Positions 58,785-64,000 of a stretch of 64,000 bases of DNA are shown here, one piece after another. This DNA is from an uncultured delta proteobacterium (GTDB lineage Bacteria > Myxococcota_A > Polyangia > Haliangiales > Haliangiaceae). Location: contig CAWKDB010000010.1 in assembly GCA_963848295.1 (NCBI GenBank), positions 768,001 to 832,000 on the forward strand, given 5' to 3'. A program made the translations under genes and the position numbers. The stretch's first letter is position 1. Each line of letters begins with the position of its first letter. The notes beneath the pieces are model-generated. The model saw only the letters and a program-made list of their open reading frames with translations, was not told the origin of the DNA and did no database searches.

Positions 58785-59850
58785 TCAGTCGCCGTGGACC
58801 GCGCGGGCGAGCGCGAACGACGTGAACGTGATCTGCCCGTAGATCTGCGCGTCGAGCAGGTTCGCGGAGCCGATGTCCGGAACCCGGACACCCGACTCGA
58901 GCCGCATCCACGGCGCGACCTCGTAGCGCACGCCCCACGACAGCTGAGGTCGCAGCTCGATCCGCTGGTCGTTCGTGCACTGGTAACAGAACAGCGGTGC
59001 CCAGCTGACGTCGACGAGGATCTCGGCTTTATCGAGAGGGCGGACCTGGATGCCGCCGAACGGCCGGATCTGCTCGCCGACGCCGCTCGCTTCGCCGTGA
59101 AGGTCGAACGTCGTACCGCCCCGCTCGAGCGACGCATCCCAGAACGAGCCACCGAGGTGGAGCGCGACGCGATCGCCGAGGCGCTCGCTGGCGACTAACG
59201 TCAGCTCTGCGACCTTCGTCGTCGCGTCGTTTTGACTGCGATCGAACGACTTGAAGAACCCGAGCACGAGCCCGGGCTGATGGTCGAACAGCCGGTTCTC
59301 ACCGACACCCATCCGAAACGTCGCGCCGACGTACGGCTGGATCGCGGACGGCGAGTCGGTCGACAGCGCCTTCGCGCGAATCTGATCGGTGCTCGACACG
59401 CCGAACTCTGCGACGTCACCGAGACCGACGCGGTTGTCACTGATGAAGCCGCCGCCGGTGTCGACGCCGGTGCGCGAATACAACACTCCGGCCGGCAGCA
59501 ACCATCCGGTCGGCGCCGCGATCACGGTCGGCATCGACACCGCTGGATCCGGCTGGCGCGGCTTCGCGGGCGGCTTCGGCTTGCGCTCCGGCTCGCCCAT
59601 CGGGTTGTCGGGGATCACCTCGTCGCGGATCGGCATCGGAGTCGGCGGCACTCCCCGCGCTGCCACTCCCCGCGCTCGCGCTGCCGCTTCCCGCGCTCGC
59701 CGTGCCGCTCCCCGCGCCCGCACTGCCGCTCCCCGCGGCCGAGCCCGGGTTCGGAATGGGTGGCGCCGGATCCGGCCCGGGTTGCGCGTTCGCGACCGCC
59801 GCCGCAACGCAGATCGTCAGAGTCACTCGGGTCCACTGGTGCTTCGTCAT
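58785..59850 (-). pseudogene. Secreted beta-barrel-like protein, paralog 2, apparently frameshifted in its Gly/Ser linker (about 59650)
   Basis: Signal peptide and GSGSA linker are in the frame of 59437-59850; APTGWLLP...WGVRY domain is in the frame of 58785-59807; span is 3n+1. Confidence 0.7.
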
Positions 59851-59867
59851 AGGGCTCCTGGTTGCGG

Positions 59868-60809
59868 CTAGTCACAAAACGCGTGCACGGTGCGGCAAGC
59901 CAGCGCACCCCACGGCACGAACACCTCGGCACCGAGCCGGATGTCCCACTGCGAAACGAGATCGCTCAGGCCATCGCTGGCCATCGGATCGGAAGACTCG
60001 AGCTGGTAGCCGAGGCTCGCATCGAACACGACGCTCGGCGCGAGTCGCCAACGCAGCCCGAGCCGCGCTTGCAACCCGTACGTGATCTTCGGCGGATCGG
60101 CGGTGTTGACCGTCCAGCGGAACTGCGGGACCTCCGCCACTTCGCCGACGATCATCGCGTCGCGATTCATCACGAGCTCGATGCCGGCAGTCGGCAGCGC
60201 CAGCGTGCGGTGCAGCGTCGCGTCGGGCAGCGCCGAGTCGCCGGTGATCGCGAGCGTCGCGGGCGACACGCGGACCCCGCCGTGCAACACGAGCCACGGC
60301 GTGATCCGCTCGCGCGCGACGACATAGAAGTCCGTGACCTTCTCGCCGACCTTCGTCGTCCCGAACGTCTCGTCACGCTCGACGCCGACGCGCACCGCGA
60401 CTCCGATCGCGGGCATGTAGTGCCAACGCGGCAGCGGCAGCTTGAGCTGAACACCGAGCGCGGGCAGCGGCGCATCGACGCCTGTGACGCTGATCGCACC
60501 GGTCTCGCGATATTCGAGCTGCGCGAGATCGCCAAAGCCGATCGCGACCACCGCCGCCGAGGTCAGCCGCCCGGGATCTTGGAGCAAGCTGCCGTCGCCC
60601 GAGAGGCTCAGCATGTACGCGCCGATGACGTCGGCGGTCGGCATCGTGAATAGCCGCGACGACGGGAACGGTCCGGCAAACATCTGCCCGAAGCTCGCGT
60701 CGGGATCGCGCTTCGCCGTCGGCGCCGTCGGATCGTCTGCGGTCGCGGTGCCGGCGACGCACGCGAGCGCGAGCCCGACGAGCGCAGATGGGTGACCGAG
60801 GAACCGCAT
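59868..60809 (-). CDS. Secreted beta-barrel-like protein (YjbH-like), paralog 1
   Basis: Signal peptide; MPTADVIG, GFGDLAQL, LGLRW; amphipathic strands. Confidence 0.72.
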   Translation of the reverse strand: MRFLGHPSALVGLALACVAGTATADDPTAPTAKRDPDASFGQMFAGPFPSSRLFTMPTADVIGAYMLSLSGDGSLLQDPGRLTSAAVVAIGFGDLAQLEYRETGAISVTGVDAPLPALGVQLKLPLPRWHYMPAIGVAVRVGVERDETFGTTKVGEKVTDFYVVARERITPWLVLHGGVRVSPATLAITGDSALPDATLHRTLALPTAGIELVMNRDAMIVGEVAEVPQFRWTVNTADPPKITYGLQARLGLRWRLAPSVVFDASLGYQLESSDPMASDGLSDLVSQWDIRLGAEVFVPWGALACRTVHAFCD

Positions 60810-60901
60810 GCTCTGTTGTTGCGGTTTGTCGCGTGAAGCCACCATCGCGAACGCGTGAGATCCGCGTGATCGGGCGGAAGGTCTGGCAGACTCGAGCGAA
60901 C

Positions 60902-62515
60902 GTGACCGACGTGGAACCCGCTGCGAGCTCTCGCCGCACCGTGAGAGCGCTCCTCGGCGGCGCGACGAGCGAGGCCGAAGCGCGCGCGTATCTACAGTCG
61001 CGGCTCGGCGTGTTGCTGCGCTACATGTTCTGGGCGTTCATCGCGCTGCTGCTGTTCCTGCAGCTGTTGTATCGCCGCTATCCCGAGATCGAGCCGCGCC
61101 ACGACGGCTGGGTCGTTTCGATCGCGACCGCAGCGCTGATGCTCGCCGCGTTGCTGTGGCGCGGCTTGCTCGCGCGCAAGCCTCTCGAGCTGCGCGCGCT
61201 GCACGCGATCGATCTGACGTTCACGATCGGCTCCGGCGTCGTGTTCGCGCTCGCCGCGGGCATCGCCTACGATCGGCGACCGTCGGCGTACACGTGCCTG
61301 ATCTACCAGTGCTTCACGTTGCTGACGCGCGCGTTGATCGTGCCGAGCACCGGCCGACGCACCGCGGTCGTCAGCGCGCTCGCATTTCTGCCGATGACGG
61401 TCGCCGCGCTCGCGCTCGCGTTCGAGACCGAGCAAGAGCTCGCCGGCCCCGCGTACTTCGCCGGCTACTCGGTCGCGGTGGCGGTCACCGTGCTGCTCGC
61501 GGCTTCGGGCTCGCGCATCATCTACGGTCTGCGCCGGCAAGTCAGCGCGGCACGCCAACTCGGTCAGTACACGCTCGAGCGCAAGATCGGCGAAGGCGGC
61601 CTCGGCGCGGTCTACCTCGCGCACCACGTGATGTTGCGCCGCCCCACCGCGATCAAGCTACTGCTCCCCGATCGCGTCGGCGCCGACAACCTCGCGCGGT
61701 TCGAGCGCGAGGTGCAGCACATGGCCGAGCTCACGCATCCGAATACGGTCGCGGTGTTCGACTACGGGCGCAGCCCGGACGGAGTCTTCTACTACGCGAT
61801 GGAGTACCTCGGCGGCGGCATCGATCTCGAGCAACTCGTGCGAGCGCATGGCCAGCAGCCCGCGGGCCGCGTCGTGCCGATCCTCGTCCAAGTGTGCGGC
61901 GCCCTGCAGGAAGCGCACGACAACGGCATCATCCATCGCGACATCAAGCCCGCGAACATCATGCTGTGCGAACGCGGCGGCATGCCCGACGTCGCGAAGG
62001 TCGTCGACTTCGGGCTCGTGAAGGAGATGACGGCGGACACCGGCGCGTCGACTCAGATGATCTTCGGCACGCCGGCGTATCTCGCACCGGAGGCGATCAA
62101 CGAGCCCGCGACGGTCGGGCCACCGGCTGATCTCTATGCGCTCGGCTGCGTCGGCTATTTCTTGCTGACCGGGCGCCGCGTGTTCGAAGGCAAGACCTCG
62201 GTCGACGTCTGCATCCAGCATGTCACGCAACCGGCGAAGCCGCTGTCGCAGCTCCTCCCCGGCGGCGTAGCGCCAGATCTCGAGGCCGTGGTGATGCGAT
62301 GCCTCGCGAAGGCGCCTGACGATCGGTTCGCGAGCGCCGCCGCTCTCGCCGAAGCGTTGCTCGCGCTGGCACCAACGGCCGACTGGACCGATGCCGACGC
62401 CGCCGCCTGGTGGCGCTCGTTCCGGCCGGTCACGGCCGCTCAGACCGAGCGCGAGTCGACGCTCTCGGTCACGATGACCGTCGACTTCGTCCGCCGGGAG
62501 ATCGCACCGCAGTGA
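60902..62515 (+). CDS. Membrane-integral Ser/Thr protein kinase (about 6 N-terminal TMs)
   Basis: GEGGLG, TAIK, HRDIKPAN, DFG, GTPAYLAPE; exact start uncertain. Confidence 0.92.
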   Translation: MTDVEPAASSRRTVRALLGGATSEAEARAYLQSRLGVLLRYMFWAFIALLLFLQLLYRRYPEIEPRHDGWVVSIATAALMLAALLWRGLLARKPLELRALHAIDLTFTIGSGVVFALAAGIAYDRRPSAYTCLIYQCFTLLTRALIVPSTGRRTAVVSALAFLPMTVAALALAFETEQELAGPAYFAGYSVAVAVTVLLAASGSRIIYGLRRQVSAARQLGQYTLERKIGEGGLGAVYLAHHVMLRRPTAIKLLLPDRVGADNLARFEREVQHMAELTHPNTVAVFDYGRSPDGVFYYAMEYLGGGIDLEQLVRAHGQQPAGRVVPILVQVCGALQEAHDNGIIHRDIKPANIMLCERGGMPDVAKVVDFGLVKEMTADTGASTQMIFGTPAYLAPEAINEPATVGPPADLYALGCVGYFLLTGRRVFEGKTSVDVCIQHVTQPAKPLSQLLPGGVAPDLEAVVMRCLAKAPDDRFASAAALAEALLALAPTADWTDADAAAWWRSFRPVTAAQTERESTLSVTMTVDFVRREIAPQ

Positions 62516-64000
62516 CCGAAGCGCGCGAGTACCTCCAGGAACGGCTCGCGCTGCTGTTCCAGCTGATGTTCTGGAGCTTGGTCGCGCTCGTCGCGTACGT
62601 CTGGGTGCAATACGTCGCGTACTCCGAGCACGCGCCGGTCCATCGCAACATCGTCTATGCGGGCTCGTTCGTCGGGCTCGCCACGATGGCGTTCGTGTGG
62701 CGCGGGCTGCTCGTACGGCGCGAGCTGTCGGTCGCGGCGCTGTACCGGATCGACGCGACCTATTCGCTCGGCGTCGGCGCCGCGTTCGGTGCGAGTGCCG
62801 CGTTGCAATCCGACCTGCGGCCGGCCGGTTACATGGCGCTCGTGTACAGCGCGTTCACCGTGTTCGCACGCGCGCTGATCGTACCGAGCAGCGCCCGGCG
62901 CACCGCGGTCGCGAGCTCGCTGACGTTCTTGCCGATGACCGGCGCCGCGCTCCTGCTCGCGACCACGACGACCCAGGAGATGCCGGGCCCGGCGTACTTC
63001 ACCGGTTACCTGATGCTCGGCGTCGTCGCGATCGCGCTGTCGACCGCAGGCTCGCACATCATCTACGGCTTGCGCCGAGAGGTCAGCGCGGCGCAGCAGC
63101 TCGGTCAGTACACGCTCGATCGCAAGATCGGCGAGGGCGGGATGGGGGCGGTCTATCGCGCGCATCACATCATGTTGCGCCGGCCGACCGCGGTGAAGCT
63201 CCTGCTGCCCGATCGGATCGGCACCGACCACCTCGCGCGGTTCGAACGCGAGGTGCAGCACATGAGCCAGTTGACGCATCCGAACACCGTCGCGGTGTTC
63301 GACTACGGCCGCAGCCCGGACGGCGTCTTCTACTACGCGATGGAATATCTGGGAGGCGGCGTCGATCTCCAGAAGCTCGTCCAGCGCCACGGCCCGCAAC
63401 CGTACGGGCGCGTCGCGCGCATCCTCGCGCAGGTGTGCGGTGCGCTCCAAGAGGCGCACGATCGCCAGATCATCCATCGCGACATCAAGCCCGCGAACAT
63501 CATCTTGTGCGAGCGCGGTGGCATGCCCGACGTCGCGAAGGTCGTCGACTTCGGCCTGGTCAAAGAGATCACCGCGGATCCGACGACGTCGCACAGTCAA
63601 GTCGTGCTCGGAACGCCGGCGTACGTCGCGCCCGAGGCCTTCACCGATCCGGACCGCGTCGGACCCGCGGCCGATCTCTACGCGCTCGGCTGCGTCGGCT
63701 ACTTCCTGCTCACCGGCCGGCTCGTGTTCGAAGGCGCGACCGCGGTCGAGCTATGCACCAAGCACGTCATCCAGGCGCCGACCCCACCGTCGCGCGTTGT
63801 CGCGAGCATCCCGGCCGAGCTCGACGCGATCATCTTGCGCTGCCTCGCCAAACAGCCCGCCGACCGCTTCGAGTCGGCGTCCGCGCTCGCGACCGCGTTG
63901 CGGGCGCTGCCTCGAGACCCCAGCTGGAGCGACGCGCGCGCACGCGAGTGGTGGCGCGCGCTCGAGCGCAGCGAGCTGCATGCGGCGACCGAGAGCGTGC
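62512..64000 (+). CDS. Membrane-integral Ser/Thr protein kinase, tandem paralog (runs off window end)
   Basis: Not in ORF track (no stop in window). GTG62512 overlaps the upstream TGA; MTEAREYLQERL...GEGGMG...HRDIKPAN...DFG...GTPAYVAPE. Confidence 0.92.
   Translation, partial: MTEAREYLQERLALLFQLMFWSLVALVAYVWVQYVAYSEHAPVHRNIVYAGSFVGLATMAFVWRGLLVRRELSVAALYRIDATYSLGVGAAFGASAALQSDLRPAGYMALVYSAFTVFARALIVPSSARRTAVASSLTFLPMTGAALLLATTTTQEMPGPAYFTGYLMLGVVAIALSTAGSHIIYGLRREVSAAQQLGQYTLDRKIGEGGMGAVYRAHHIMLRRPTAVKLLLPDRIGTDHLARFEREVQHMSQLTHPNTVAVFDYGRSPDGVFYYAMEYLGGGVDLQKLVQRHGPQPYGRVARILAQVCGALQEAHDRQIIHRDIKPANIILCERGGMPDVAKVVDFGLVKEITADPTTSHSQVVLGTPAYVAPEAFTDPDRVGPAADLYALGCVGYFLLTGRLVFEGATAVELCTKHVIQAPTPPSRVVASIPAELDAIILRCLAKQPADRFESASALATALRALPRDPSWSDARAREWWRALERSELHAATESV

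Overview
High-GC (visually about 70%), gene-dense bacterial chromosome segment. The gene content points to Myxococcota: a TIGR02266-type PilZ protein, Myxococcus Cys-rich repeats with a fibro-slime domain, PEGA proteins, several Ser/Thr kinases and many lipoproteins. About 58 CDSs are supported. They include housekeeping genes (rnhA, ppa, rlmN-like, rluF-like, cysK, csp, yacG, a biotin carrier) and many secreted or lipoproteins. I saw no rRNA, tRNA, CRISPR array or transposase. The top finding is a pair of ORFs at 38373-39356 (-) that are very probably one selenoprotein. An in-frame UGA sits in a peroxiredoxin-like W-U-P-W-C motif and is followed by a SECIS-like hairpin. The protein also has an N-terminal lipobox and a C-terminal beta-barrel-like domain. 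Other notable signals: a TetR/aldo-keto reductase cassette bracketed by a synonymous-diverged duplicate of a protease gene's 3' end; a gene broken by a CTAG duplication; three tandem paralogous beta-barrel-like genes, one frameshifted; and widespread leaderless-type promoters of both sigma70 and sigma54 type. All calls come from reading the sequence; no database searches were run.
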